A DNA stretch of 63,685 bases, counting the filler, from Chiloscyllium plagiosum (taxonomy: Eukaryota): assembly GCF_004010195.1 (NCBI RefSeq). It is 5 parts of one record of this genome, joined end to end, with 100 filler letters (N's around TTAATTAATTAA, not from the genome) between each part and the next. Parts side by side here need not be neighbours in the genome. Positions count along the whole stretch, not along the records: positions 35,955 to 45,903 come from NC_057715.1; positions 46,004 to 60,678 come from NC_057715.1; 3 more parts are not named here. One strand, 5' to 3'. The notes under the pieces are model-generated. The model worked only from the letters and a program-made list of their open reading frames with translations. It did not search any database and was not told the origin of the DNA. The position numbers and the translations under genes were made by a program. Of the stretch, positions 38,035 through 50,776 are shown in pieces (position 1 is the first letter of the stretch; every line of letters begins with the position of its first letter).

Positions 38035-38630
38035 ATATTAAAAGAATCTCTGACAGGTAAAGCAGCTGAGTTTACAGCTTGGATTAATACATTACGATGT
38101 TGAAGCTATTACCAAGACTTAGTTGAGAGATGAACAAGACTGGCCTGGGATTTAAATGTTTCAGGCATGATAGAGAAGGATGTAAAAGAAGTGGGGAGTT
38201 GCTTTATTGTTTAGGAAAAATATCACAGCTGTACTGAGGGAGGGTACTTTGGAGGGCTCAGTCAGCATGGCCATTTGGGTGGAGTTTAGGAACAGGAAGT
38301 GTGAATCACTTTGATGGGATTATACTGCAGGCATCCTAACAGCAGGTGATAGAGGAACAAATATGTGGACAGATTTTGGAAAAAGGTTGAAACAACAGGT
38401 TGTTATGGTGGGAGATCTTAACTTCCCTTCCATTGACTGGGACTTGCTTAATGCCAGGGACTTGGATGGGAGGGCAACAGGTGGCAAGTTTGTTAGGTAT
38501 GACCAGGATGGTCTTTTGAAACCATAAATAAATAGTCTAACTAGGGAAAGGGTTAAACTCGGCCCGATATTGGGGGAAGACCCCAGCCAGGTGATCAGGG
38601 TTTCAGTGGGGGAGCATTTCAGGAAAGTTC
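38035..38630 (+). mobile_element. CR1 endonuclease-domain fragment
   Basis: SLTGKAAE.TAWI, YDVEAITKT, GLYCRHPN and VMVGDLNFPSIDW remnants. Confidence 0.75.
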
Positions 38631-39309
38631 TACCAGTTTGACTATGTATCTTGTAAGTACTGAGTTTTACAAGTTGTGCATTAAATTCTGAAGTTTAATT
38701 GTTTATTTTCTTCCTTGGATTCTGTTGAACTGCTCTTGAGATAATTGTTTTTCTGACCTTATCTGTTCTTTTAGGTTAATTTTTCTACCTCTTTCCCTAA
38801 GCATGCTGGCCAAATATTAAGAAGCTTGGTTATTATGATCAGGAAGTATAAGAGATTCCTACTGAGCAATTGGCTCATTGTCATTGCTCTCAATTATGTG
38901 CATGCTGGGTGGGCCTTAAACTTTGAAGCTAGTATCCAGAACACAGGAAGCAGCAACATAGGCAGCATGACTGGTTTGCCAACTTTACATTGATTGAAAA
39001 CACAATTGAGCAGCTGTTACTCAAATCTCCTTATTCTGATGAATACATTCGAACTGTTGAAAAGCTTTATGGCTATCACCAGAACATCTTTTAGCACAGC
39101 AGAGTAGCCTTGTTTTGCAGAGGTTACTTAAAAGCAGCAGCAGGTTGGAATAGAACAACTTGACATCTAATAATGAGGCAAATAAGAGGAAGCAGATTTT
39201 CTATTTATTGTTTTCCAATGTAGATCAGCAGTCTAAAATTAGGAGAAAGCATTTAGGGAGGCACAAAGAAAATGACCTCGTCAAGAGTACAGGCTGTCTT
39301 TGTGATATA

Positions 39310-39388
39310 GGTAAAAACAATGACTGCAGATGCTGGAAACCAGAGTCTGGATTAGTGTGGTGCTGGAAAAGCATAGCAATTCAGGCAG
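39310..39388 (-). mobile_element. PLE 3'-terminal fragment
   Basis: Reverse complement of the terminal part of the 35955-36149 element. Confidence 0.7.
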
Positions 39389-39444
39389 TCTTTGTGACAT
39401 TACAGTTAATGCTACTGCTGGTACTTCATGGTATCTGCCATCTC

Positions 39445-40940
39445 ATAGAGTCATAGAGGTGTACAGCACGGTAACAGACCCTTCGGTCCAACTCGTCCAG
39501 GCCGACCAGATATCCCAACCCAATCTAGTCCCACCTGCCAGCATCCGGCCCATATCCCTCCAAACCCTTCCTCTTCATATACCCATCCAGGTGTCTTCTA
39601 AATGTTGCAATTGTATTAACCTCCACCACTTCCTCTGGCAGCTCATTCCATACATGTACCACCCTCTGCATGAAAAAGTTGCCTTTCTTTTATATCTTGC
39701 CCCCCTCACCTTAAACCTATGCCCTCCAGTTCTGGACACCCCCACCCCAGAGAAAAGATTTTGTCTATTTATCCTATCCATGCCCCTCATAATTTTGTAA
39801 ACCTCTATAAGGTCACCCCTCAGCCTCCGATGCTCCAGAGAAAACAGCCCCAACCTATTCAACCTCTCCCTATAGCTCAAATCCTCCAACCCTGCTATCA
39901 TCCTTGTAAATCTTTTCTGAGCCCTTATAAGTTTCACAATATCTTTCCGATAGGAAGGAGACCAGAATTGCACACAATATTCCAACAGTGGCCTAACCAA
40001 TGTCCTGTACACCCGCAGCTTGACCTCCCAACTCCTGTATTCAATACTCTGACCAATAAAGGAAAGCATACCAAACACTGCCTTCACTATCCTATCTACC
40101 TGCGACTCCATTTTCTTTTTTTATAGATATTTTTATTAGAAATTTAACATTTTTACAAGTTTACAAAAATAAACAAAACTCTCAAGTACAAACATTGATA
40201 TACAATTAAATCTTAAATATATAATAACCAAAATTTAACAAAAGAAAAATACCGAGAAAAAAAAACAAAACTCAACTAACTACTGATCTAACCTAAACTC
40301 TTACATTATTCAAATAAGAGAAAGAGAAAAATAAAACAAAAAAACAGCGGATAACATAGAAATTGGGTAGTGAGATACATGCTCGGAATGTGTTAACATC
40401 AAATGTAACAAAACCCGTATTCGTGCGGGATTCCTCTCCCAAGGGGCCCCGGACCAGCCAGGTTCGTAATCTCAATTAAATAAAAGCCCTTGTTAGGATA
40501 GCCGAAATATCTGTATTCATATAATTCAAGAAGGGCTGCCATATTTTATAAAATAATTTGGTCTTTCGGTGCATCATATTTGTAAGGAAGTCAAGGGGAA
40601 TACATTCCATAATTAATCTGTGCCAATTTGAAAGTCCAGGGGACGACTCCACTTTCAAGGAGCTATGAACCTGCACTCCAAGGTCTCTTTATTCAGCATC
40701 ACTCCCTAGGACCTTACCATTAAGTGTCTAAGTCTTCCTAAGATTTGCTTTCGCAAAATGCACCACCTCACATTTATCTAAATTAAATTCCATCTGCCAC
40801 TTCTCAGCTCATTTGCCCATCTGATCAAGATCCTGTTGTGATCTGAGGTAACTTTCTTTGCTGTCCACTACACCTCCAATCTTGATGTCATCTGCAAACG
40901 TACTCACTATACCTCTGATGCATCCAAATCATTTATATAA
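39445..40940 (-). mobile_element. HER1-like CR1 3' portion split by an L1 insertion
   Basis: Minus ORF 39575-40111 (VESQVDRIVK..LGLFSLEHRRLRGDLIEVYKI). The RT sequence resumes at 40644-40940. Confidence 0.92.
40111..40643 (-). mobile_element. L1-clade LINE 3' end with poly(A) tail and 8-bp TSD
   Basis: ORF2 C-terminus PGLSNWHRLIMECIPLDFLTNMMHRKTKLFYKIWQPFL, then AATAAA and an A-rich tail. CGACTCCA occurs at 40103-40110 and 40644-40651. Confidence 0.8.
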
Positions 40941-41284
40941 ATATCTGTGCCAGCATGTGGCATGGGGGAAGAGTTATTTGGGGAAAGTTCACTACCACCA
41001 ATCTTTCTTTGTCTATATTGTGTTTAGATTCTATCGAACTATCAGTGGTGGGGGGGGGGGGGGTAAACCACTAGTAGGTCTAAACAGGAGAGACACAATT
41101 CTTACTTAATATTATGGTAGATTGCATATTTGCAGTAAGTACAGTTTGCTTTACCAGTCAAGGTATTCTCTGGAACTGTATTGAATCCCCGTAATACCCC
41201 AGAATGTTGATAGTGGGAATTTCAGTGATGGTAATATGTTGATTGTTGGAGTGATGGTTGGATTCTCTCTGGTTGGAGAGGTGG

Positions 41285-41628
41285 GAGGTGATGGCCTAGT
41301 GGTATTAACCTGTTAATCAGGAGGCCCAGCTAATGTTCTGGGGACCTAGGTTTGAAACCTGTCATAGCAGTTGGTAGAATTTCAATTCAATAAATATCTG
41401 GAATTGAGAGATTAATGATGACCATGAAACCATTGTTGATTGTTGGGAAAAACCCATCTGGTTCACTAATGCTCTTTAAGAGAGGAAATCTGCTATCCTG
41501 GTCTGACCTACATGTGACTCCAAACCCACAGCAATGTGGTTGACTCTTAATTGCCCTCTGGGAAATTAAGGAAAGGCAATAAATGCTAGCCTAGCTAGTG
41601 ATGCCCACATCCCATGCATAAATAAAAA
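41285..41628 (+). mobile_element. tRNA-derived SINE (SacSINE1/Deu-like), full length
   Basis: A box TGGCCTAGTGG, B-box-like GGTTTGAAACC, central GGTCTGACCTACATGTGACTCC..AATGTGGTTGACTCTTAA and tail GGCAATAAATGCTAGCC..GCCCACATCCCATG. Family name is from memory. Confidence 0.75.
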
Positions 41629-42159
41629 GAAAAGATGGCCATTGCTGTGTACTGTGTATTTTACTTGCTACTTATCAGCCCAAATGGAATGCTGAATGTT
41701 GTCCTTGCCTTATTGTATATGAATGCAAACTGATGCAGTAGCTGAGGAGTTTAAAATGGTGCTGAACTTTGTGCAATCATGAGTGAACATCCCCACTTCT
41801 GACCTTATGATGGAGGGACGATCATTGATGAAAAGGCTGAAGGTATTTGCTCCTAGGACATTACTCTCAAATTTCTCATCGTGATGTCCAGAAAATGACA
41901 TGATTGAACTCCAACAACCGTAACCATCATCCTTTGTACCAGGTATGGCTTCAACCTGTGCAAAATTCTCCCTTGATTCACATTGATTCAAATGATCTTG
42001 TTTACTTTTAATTAGGGCATGTTGGTGCCATACTTGCCCAAATACCATCTTGATGTCACTTTCACCTGACTACTGGAGCAAAACTATCAATAGGTGGGGA
42101 GTTGAGAGGCACATGCAGAACACAGACTGAGGATGTTATTGCTAAGCAAATGGTATTGA

Positions 42160-43310
42160 GCAAGTTAGACAAAAGAGAGAAAATGGAGATGATCTACTTG
42201 GATTTCCAGTAGTCCTTTGACAAGGTGCCACACAGGAGACTGATAAGTAAGATAAGAGCCCATGGTTTTAGGGGCAAGATACTGGCATGGATAGAGGATT
42301 GGCTGATTGGCAGAAAGCAGAAGGTAGGGATAAAGTGGAGTTCTGCAGGGGTTAATGTTGGGGCCACAAATAATCATATTAACAATCTAGACAGAGGAAC
42401 AGTGGGCATTGTTGCTCAGTTGAAACAAAGAGGACGGGTAGTATTGATGTAGTGGGGAGGCAGTAGAAGGACTTGGACATGCTAGGCAAGTGGGCAAAGA
42501 AGTAGCAGAGATAATGCAATATGGCAAACTGTGATGTTATACATTTTGGTAGGAAGAACAGAGGTGTAAGCTATTTTCAAAGTGGGGAATGGCTTCAGAA
42601 ATCTGATGTACAAAGGGACTTGGGAGTTCTAGTCAGTATTCTCCTTAAAATTAACATGTAGATTCAGTGGCAGTTCAGAAGGCAAATGTAATTTTGACAT
42701 TCATTTCAAGAGGGCCAGCAAACAAGAACAGAGGCTTGTACAAGGTGAGGCTGTACAAGGCTCTGGTCAGATCATGTTTGGAATATTGTAAGCAGGCTCT
42801 GTATCTAACGAAGGATCACTGGCATTGGAGTAACCCAGAGAAGGTTTATAAGACTGATCCCTGGAATGAAGGTCTTGTCATACAACGATTAATTGGGGAA
42901 TCTGGGTCTCTGCTCGATGGAATTTAGAAGGATAAGGAGGGATCTGATTGAAACTTACTCGATACTGAGAGACCTCATTGGAGAGGATGTGAAAAAGATA
43001 TTTCAATGAGTAGGAGAACTAGGACCTATGGGCACAGACTCAGAGTGAAGGACTTACCCTTTAGAACTAAGATGAGGAGGAATTTCTTCAGCCAAAGCAG
43101 GGTGAAGCTATGGAACATTTTGCCAAAGAAAGCTTTGGAGGCCAAATTATTGAGTGTACTTAAAACGGAGATTGATAGGTTCTTAATTATGATTACAGGA
43201 AGAAGGGGGAGAATAGGGTTGAGAAACATATCAACTGTGATTGAATGGTGGAGCAGGTTTGATGGGCTAAATGACCTAATTCTGCTCCAATATCTTATAG
43301 TCTTATGGCC
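42160..43310 (+). mobile_element. CR1 LINE 3' portion nested in the L2-like element
   Basis: YLDFQ..FDKVPHRRLISKIRAHG, LYKALVRS.LEYC, GHRLRVK..FRTKMRRNFFSQ and a 3' UTR. Confidence 0.85.
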
Positions 43311-44520
43311 AAAGTACCAATTAATAACATTATCAATGGCCCAATGGATCACTTTGCTGATGATCAAGAGTGGATGATAATTGGCCAGGTTGGTTTAGTC
43401 CTGCTTTTTATAGACAGGACATACTCGGGTGATTTTTCACCCGTCCAGGTGGCAGCCAGTATTTGAGCCGATTTTGGAGTAACAGTTGTCAGTACTTTTG
43501 CTTGATTGTTGTCATGTTCCATAGTCTTTACAACATCCAATGCCTTCATCCATTGTTTCATAAGATGTGGAGTGAAACAAATCTGCTGAACAGTGGCATC
43601 TACAACGCCTGAGACTTCCAGAGGAAGCAAAAAAATGGATCATCCAACTAAGGACTTCTGCCTGAAAATGGAGGCAAATTCATCAGCCTTGTCTTTTGCA
43701 TTGTTAAGTTGAGCTTCCCTATCATTGAGGATAATGACTTTTGTGGAGTTCTCTTCTTCTGTTAGTTGATTTATTATCCACCACCAGACAAGACTGAATA
43801 TGACAGAATTACAGAGCTTACACTGCATCTGATGGTTGTGGAATCACTCAATTCAATTGCATGCTGCTTCTGCTGTTTGTAACTTAACCAAGTCAATGCT
43901 TCATTTTTAGATATGCAAGGTCTTGCTCCTGGCATGCTATCCTATCATGCTCAATGAACCAGGGTTGATCTTTATGCTTGATGCTTAAGTGGGAGATATG
44001 CTGGGTTAATAGGTTAAAGATTGTGTTTGAATACAATTCTGGTGCTGCTGTTGACAGCCTACTGTACCTATGGATACCAAGTTATGAGTTGTTAGATCTG
44101 CTTGAGGTCTGTCCCATTAAGCACATGGTCTGGAATGAATGATGAGCATTCCCAAGGTTACTCCCACAATGGTATATCACGGTGCCACCTCCTCTGACGG
44201 GTCTGTCTTGATCTTGTGGCAGGATATACTCAGGGTGATTGGGGTGTCTGGATGTTTGTAAGTATTACTTGTAAAGTATGAGTATGATTATGTCCATGGG
44301 TCAGCTTTCCTAATTTTGGCACACGCCCCTGCAAGTTAGTCAGGAGAACTTTGCAGGATAAACAGGGGCTGTATTTGTCATTGTCATTTCTGATACCAAA
44401 GCTGATCCTGGGATGTTCATTTATTGCTTTACACTTTGTACTGAATTTATGCAATTGATTGGTTTGCTTGGGAATGTCAGGAAGAAATTTAGAGTCAACC
44501 ACATTGTAGTATGACTGGAA

Positions 44521-44890
44521 TCATAGAGAATCATAGAATCATAGAGATGTACAGCATGGAAACAGACCCTTCGGTCCAGCCCGTCCATGCCGACCAGATA
44601 TCCCAACCCAATCTAGTCCCACCTGCCAGCCTCCGGCCCATATCCCTCCAAACCCTTCCTATTCATATACCCATCCAAATGTATCTTAAATGTTGCAATT
44701 GTACCAGCCACCACCACTTCTTCTGGCAGCTCATTCCATACACATACCACCCTCTGTGTGAAAAAGTTGCCCCTTAGGTCTCTTTTATATCTTTCCCCTC
44801 TCACCCTAAACCTATGCCCTCTAGTTCTGGACTTCTAGACCCCAGGGAAAAGACTTTGCTTATTTACCCGATCCATGCCCCTCATAATTT
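44521..44890 (-). mobile_element. HER1-like CR1 3' end
   Basis: ORF 44613-44804 reads RGERYKRDLRGNFFTQRVV..WNELPEEVV, with an intact 3' UTR. Confidence 0.92.
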
Positions 44891-44894
44891 TTTC

Positions 44895-45903
44895 AACCTT
44901 CGACACTCCAGGGTTTAAACTAGTATGGCAGGGGGGTGGGAACCTCAGCTGTATACCGGAGGTGAGAGTTGATGCAGATGAGGCAATAGCAAGAGGTAGA
45001 CCAGCTAGTGGGAAGGATTTTCCTGGGAAGGAACCAAGGAATCAGTTAAAGTGTGTTTGCGTTAACGCAAGGAGTATCAGGAATAAAAGTGATGAACTTA
45101 GAGCATAGATCAGTACCCCGTGCTATGATGTTGTGGCCATAACAGAGACATGGAATGGATAGAGATAGAGGAAGCTGATGTGCTGAAAATTTTGTCAAAC
45201 ATTAAGATTGACAAGTCGCCAGGCCTGGACCAGATTTGTCCTTGGCTGCTTTGGGAAATGAGAAATGCAATTGCTTCGCCACTTGCGAAGATCTTTGCAA
45301 CCTCGTTCTCCACTGGAGTCGAACCTGAGGACTGGAGAGAGGCAAATGTAATTCCTCTCTTCAAGAAAGGAAATAAGGAAAACCCCGGCAATTACAGACC
45401 AGTAAGTCTCACGTCTGTCGTCTGCAAGGTGTTAGAAAGGATTCTGAGGGATAGGATTTATGACCATCTGGAAGAGCATGGCTTGAATAATGCAGTCAAC
45501 ACAGCTTTGTGAGGGGCATGTCATGCCTCACAAACCTTATGGAGTTCTTTGAGGATATGACTAGAAAAGTTAATGAGGCTCGAGCTGTGGATGTGGTGTA
45601 TATGGACTTCAGCAAGGCATTTGATAAGGTTCCCCATGGTAGGCTCATTCAGAAGGTCAGGAGGAATGGGAGTCAGGGGAACTTAGCTGTCTGGATACAG
45701 AATTGGCTGGCCAACAGAAGACAGCGAGTGGTAGTAGAATGAAAATATTCTGCCTGGAAGTCTGTGGTGAGTGGTGTTCCACAGGGCTCTATCCTTGGGC
45801 CTCTACTGTTTGTAATTTTTATTAATGACTTAGATGAAGGGAATTGAAGGATGGGTCAGCAAGTTTGCAGACGACACAAAGGTTGGAGGTGTCATTGACA
45901 GTA
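44895..45903 (+). mobile_element. Relatively young CR1 fragment with an internal deletion of the endonuclease
   Basis: CVNARSIRNK..YDVVAITETW is joined directly to IEEADVLKIL..KSPGLD..DWREANVIPLFKKG..NYRPVSLTS, followed by DFSKAFDKVPH and KFADDTK. Confidence 0.9.
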
Positions 45904-46003
45904 NNNNNNNNNNNNNNNNNNNNNNNNNNNNNNNNNNNNNNNNNNNNTTAATTAATTAANNNNNNNNNNNNNNNNNNNNNNNNNNNNNNNNNNNNNNNNN
46001 NNN
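45904..46003. other. Assembly gap spacer
   Basis: 44 N + TTAATTAATTAA + 44 N. Confidence 0.97.
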
Positions 46004-46538
46004 ACAGACACACACACACAGACAGACAAAGACCCACATGCACACATATATTTTGTGGGGTGAATTTGTACTTGCAGAGTTACATTGTTCTTTGCTCAAA
46101 AACTGCATGAATTTATGTAAAACTCTGTTATCTCACTTTTTAGATTAGAATCAATCTAAACATCAGGTCATAGACAGAGAACACAGGGGACCAACACCGT
46201 CAACATATTGTCTAGCTATCACCATTGTTAACAGCTAATCCAAGAATGCACAAAAAAAGGTTTTGTGATTTACACATGAAAGAAGTGAAACTATCACTGT
46301 ATTCTAACAGATGAAACACTTAACAGACAATCAATTTTTCAATGTATAATTTCAGTTACATCACACTGTAAATTTTTGATATAAATTCTGTGTTACGATC
46401 GAGCCCTCCACTATCACCTGATGAATGAGCGTCGCTCCAAAATCTAGTGTGCTTCCAATTAAACCTGTTGGACTATAACCTGGTGTTGTGTGATTTTTAA
46501 CTTTGTACACCCCAGTCCAACACTGGAATCTCTAAATC
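46004..46538 (+). mobile_element. Third copy of the PLE pseudo-LTR (family of 9124-12113)
   Basis: Colinear with ~11585-12113 and extends to the terminus seen at 9124. Its hammerhead at 46415-46449 has GAAA mutated to AAAA. Confidence 0.92.
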
Positions 46539-46539
46539 C

Positions 46540-47620
46540 TAACTTATCCAGACTTTCTTCATAGCTAAACTGCTCCATCCCAGGCAACCACCTGGTTAGT
46601 TTCCTCTGAACCCCCTCCAATCACATCTTCGTATAATGCCATGATCAGAGCTGCACACAGCACTCCATTGTGGGTCTAACCACAATTCTGTATTGCTCCC
46701 AGCTCTTATTATCAGTGCCACAACTGTTAGAAGTAAGTGCCCCGTATGCATACGTAACTACCCTATTAACATGTCCTACCACCTAAAAATCTCAGTTTCT
46801 TTGAGCATCCTAGTGTGCTTCTGTTCATGGAGCACTCCTCTTTGTTACTTATAACTTCATGCATCTTGCATTTATCCGAATTAAATTCTATCTGCCATTG
46901 ATTCATCCACTCTGACCAGTCTGTCTATATATTCCAGCAATCCCAATGAACACCATCCCTTATCAAACCTTGCTTCGCTTCTCCAAGAAGACATTAATTC
47001 TTTCTTTCAGAATTTTCTCAATTAGTTTCTCTTCCATCGATGTGACACTCAGTGGCCTGTAATTCCTTGGTATATCTCTTCCACTCCTCTTGAAAATGGA
47101 ACCACACAAGCTATCTTCTAGTTCTGTGGATACTAACCAAGCCCCCAAACTGTCCCCAACTTCTTTACCCCAGCAATCAGATAGGAATTTAAAATTTGGT
47201 TCAGTTCTCTGTAATATCTTTCCTTTCAAGCCATAACAACCTGGGATCTCATTCAGGTTTGTGGATTTGTCCACTTTTAAGTGGACCTCCTGTCAAACAA
47301 GCAGCTTCCCACCACCACATTCTGTCTCCTGCCAATAAGCCAATTTTAGATCCAATTTGCCAAGTTACCCCGAATGCCATGTGCTTTTACCTTCTTTTCC
47401 AGTCTCACATGTGGTACCTTGTTCAAGGGCGTTTCTGAAATCTGTATAAATTACATCAACTGCATTAACCTCATTTACACATCTGGTCAGTTTTTCAAAA
47501 AAATCAATCAAATCTGTTAGGCATGATTTCCCTCTACCTAGCCATGTTACCTCTGGATGAATCTTACCTCTTCAAAATTTTCACAAGTAGTTTCCCTACC
47601 ACATAAGTCCCTTGTTAATT
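46540..47620 (-). mobile_element. Decayed CR1 LINE
   Basis: Minus ORF IFKRSGRDIPRNYRPLSVTS..KILKERI, plus RT 3' remnants. Confidence 0.75.
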
Positions 47621-48033
47621 CTTACAACAGGGCTAGCATAAAAATTGAACACATCTGTAATCTTGACTTCAGAGTCAAGTCCTGTTCTAGCAGATGACAC
47701 AGTTCAGTGGTGATGGGCCAGGGCATCCTTAGTCTGCACTTACACTGTGTTTCAAAGAGCTGAAGTAAATGACAGCAAAACTAATTATTCTTCTCTTAGT
47801 GGATATTCACCTGCTTTTTTTTTTCCTCTGAATATTCTGTAGCAACTGCTGGATGTTACTGTCCTTGTTGATTATGCTGAATTGTTCTCTCCTTCAATGT
47901 TACTTTTACATGTGCTCTAAAATCAGGAAGAATCCACTAACTGTGATATTCACATCAGATGTATGAGCCAATAACCTGTGGCAAATATGAGAAGAAGAAC
48001 AGAATTTCAAGAATATTACTCCTGAGCTCTTAC

Positions 48034-48138
48034 ATCGATCACAATGAAGCATCGCATTATGCTCTGATACAGTCTGCCATGGAGAGTACTCAAGAAGCCA
48101 ATGTCATGCCCTGATAAGAACCTTTGAAATATGTAACT
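48034..48138 (-). CDS. Candidate internal exon: SYIFQRFLSGHDIGFLSTLHGRLYQSIMRCFIVID
   Basis: 105 nt open frame, phase 0-0. Donor GAT|GTAAGA. The acceptor TTTACATAG is weak and alternatives exist. Confidence 0.35.
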
Positions 48139-48393
48139 CTATGTAAATCTATGTTGCAGAAACAAAGTGTTAACGTTGCATTGGCAAAGTACATTTCTGG
48201 CATTATTCCACCAAAACACCCCCAGCTTCCAAAAAGTCAACTTTGAACATCACAAACCTTGTCCTTGCATATGGACAGTTCAGTCTGTGAAGTTGTCAGG
48301 ACCGAGATGTTGTCTTTCACTATCAGGTAGGAAGTCACGTGCCCCTGAGCTCCAAAGTGAAGTCCTGAAGGGCTGAAGTGGACTGTCAGTGTC

Positions 48394-48506
48394 GAAACAT
48401 GTGCTGGAAAAGCACAGCAGGTCAGGCAGCATCTTAGGAGCAGGAGAGTCGATACTTTGGGTATAAGCCCTTGACTCTCCAGCAGCTGCAGTCCTCACTT
48501 TCTCCT
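48394..48506. mobile_element. Fold-back PLE mini-element
   Basis: Antisense PLE 3' segment joined to the sense terminus CTCCAGCAGCTGCAGTCCTCACTTTCTCC. Flanks TGAAGTGGACTGTCAGT / TGAAGTGACCTGTCAGT. Confidence 0.75.
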
Positions 48507-49203
48507 GAAGTGACCTGTCAGTTGTTCTGAAAGCAGATGATGTGTTGAGACTGGGATTTCTGATGCCCACTTGCATAGATTAAGGGTGGAAGAGAACATT
48601 GCCTATGAAGCATGCTGAAACTTTATGGTGAAGACAAAATTGGCTGAAAACTTGGAAAATCAAGCAGTGAGTTGCTATCTCCAGGTAACTGTTCTAACTT
48701 ATAGCCGGGGATTGGTGCTGTGTAGTTTCTTGAGAAAAGAGAATTGGAGCTGCATGATAGTGAAACTAGTTTAGATAATAATGAGATGCAAATTCATGGA
48801 AATAAGGTAGTTGCTATTCATGAAGGAGATTCAGAATTCACCATTTTAACACGAAGGGACAGTCAGATTTTATTCTTCAACATCATGAATCAGACATTTC
48901 TGTTTTCCAAACACAGTCTGCATTATCCACACTACATAGTTCTGCCCTATGTACCTTCCAAAAGGCATCTGATAATATCCCTCATGTGACTGTTAGCTGA
49001 AACTGACACTCAATTATTAGCTTGGTTTCAACATTGGCATAGGAATAGGAGGAGAAATAGTTTTCATAAGATTAGTATTCAAATCAACTCATTCATTCTG
49101 ATTATTTTATCATGGAACTGTTTTGATATTTACAACATGTCCACAAGAGCTAATAGTGTAATAGAGTCTTTATATTCCTGCTGTTCAAAATATGTATACA
49201 TTT

Positions 49204-49543
49204 GATTAGATTAGATTAGATTAGATTAGATTAGATTAGATTGCTTACAGTGTGGAAACAGGCCCTTCGGCCCAACAAGTCCACACCAACTCGCCAAAGC
49301 GCAACCCACCCAGACCCATTTCCCTACATTTTCCCTTCAACTAACACTATGGGCAATTTAGCATGGCCAATTCACCTAACCTGCACATCTTTGGACTGTG
49401 GAAGGAAACCGGAGCACCCGGAGGAAACCCATGCAGACACGGGGAGAATGTGCAAAATCCACATAGTCAGTCGCCTGAGGTGGGAAATGAACCCAGGTCT
49501 CTGGCGCTGTGAGGCAACAGTGCTAACCACTGTGCCACCGTGC
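49204..49543 (-). mobile_element. HE1-type SINE, full length, with (AATCT)n tail
   Basis: Minus head GCACGGTGGCACAGTGGTTAGCAC..GGGTTCATTTCC, core and tail. (GATTA)7 at 49204-49242. Confidence 0.93.
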
Positions 49544-49624
49544 ACATCAGCTCTTTCAAATATTGAATGGAAAAGAATTTTAAAAAACTTCCTTAAACAA
49601 TCTTAATTTCCTTCGGTGAATATT

Positions 49625-49689
49625 TTATTCATATCATGAAAGCTGTTCTACAATCTTAGGTGATGGAACTGCTTTCATGATATGAATAA
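49625..49689. repeat. 65-nt near-perfect inverted repeat (hairpin)
   Basis: TTATTCATATCATGAAAGC (49625-49643) pairs perfectly with GCTTTCATGATATGAATAA (49671-49689). After one mismatch GTTC/GAAC continue the stem. Loop is ~13 nt. Confidence 0.9.
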
Positions 49690-49829
49690 TGGTTTTACTT
49701 TGGGTTGTATAAAAGTACTGTGAAATTCAGGCATAGTGTAGACATGGTTCACAATTAAGGGTTTTAGAATATGTTAATTATTTTATCAGCCAAAACAAAC
49801 AGTTTTAAATAATACACTAAGCTTTGCCT

Positions 49830-50120
49830 GACAAACATACAAAACAGGAACTGAAGTAGATCATTCAACCCATCAAGACTGCTGTGCCAATCAATAAGAT
49901 CCGTGTTGAATTGTTTGTATTCCAAATTCCACATTTCCATTATCGCCAATATCATTTGACTCCCTTGCCTAACAAGAATGTATCTACTTCTGCCTTAAAA
50001 ATATTTCAAGATCCTACTTGACTGATTTTTGAGGTAGGGAGATTCAAATTCACATAATCCTTTGAGGAAAAAAAAAGAATGTCTTCTGTATTAAAAGGGA
50101 AGCTCCTAATTTTAAAACAA
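49830..50120 (-). mobile_element. Decayed CR1 3' end
   Basis: Antisense CR1 3' UTR (AACAGGAACTGAAGTAGATCATTCAACCCATCAAG..TATCTACTTCTGCCTTAAAA). Confidence 0.6.
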
Positions 50121-50675
50121 TAATTTTAAAACATTGGATGTTGGAATAGGATTTGAAAGTGGAACATCTGGCTCAGAGTCAGAGTCTGTACTTATTGCAT
50201 CTCGAGTCTTTCCAACTGATAAATTGCAAGACTCCAAAGAGTGTTTTTACATATGTATCAAGTAACAATATCTTTTCTGCGGTATTAGGTATCAAAGTCT
50301 CACACCTAAACAGATTTATACAGTGAACCTATTTTTAAACCATATTTTACAAATGCCAAAATCTTAAAACAAAGCAAATTCCATTTTTCTCACCAACAAA
50401 TGTGAAGAGGATTACATATAGTGGTTTGTAATAATTGCTTTATCAGTAAAGCTTTGTCAATGATTTCAGATACACTACACTTGATGGCGCTATTGACAAT
50501 CTTTCTCACTGTACCAAAAAAAGCCAAACACTGGTGCATTGCTGAATCATATTCAAAGTCACACAAATCACAGGCTTTAAAAAATCATATTTTAACACTT
50601 TCAATACAGTTAGCTGTATTTCAATAGTAGGTTAGAAATTGCAAGAGCCCATTGGAGAGAGAAGATTAGGCGCAC

Positions 50676-50776
50676 ATTTCCACTGAAGAAATTTGGAAGG
50701 TTTTGAGATTGTCCAATGCTGTGCTTCATAGACATGCTCTTTTTTCTAGTCTTAGTTATCCTTCTTAAATGATTGT
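50676..50776 (-). CDS. Candidate exon: (D)NHLRRITKTRKKSMSMKHSIGQSQNLPNFFSGN
   Basis: Acceptor TTTTTTAATATATTCACAG|AC. Phase 1 matches the 52620 donor. The donor AAT|GTGCGC is weak. Confidence 0.4.

Larger units (their letters stand above)
41150..44520 (-). mobile_element. Long decayed L2/CR1-group LINE carrying nested insertions
   Basis: Minus fragments VLGANTFSLFINDRPSIIRSEVGMFTHDCTKF (41710-42048), ILNDREAQ..AKDKADEFASIFRQK (43640-43828) and VLLTNLQGRVPKLGKL (44230-44502). Confidence 0.7.

Noticed and set aside
38775..38993. Plus-strand 72-codon open stretch after TGTTCTTTTAG
   Set aside because: No recognisable protein or partner exons; compatible with chance.
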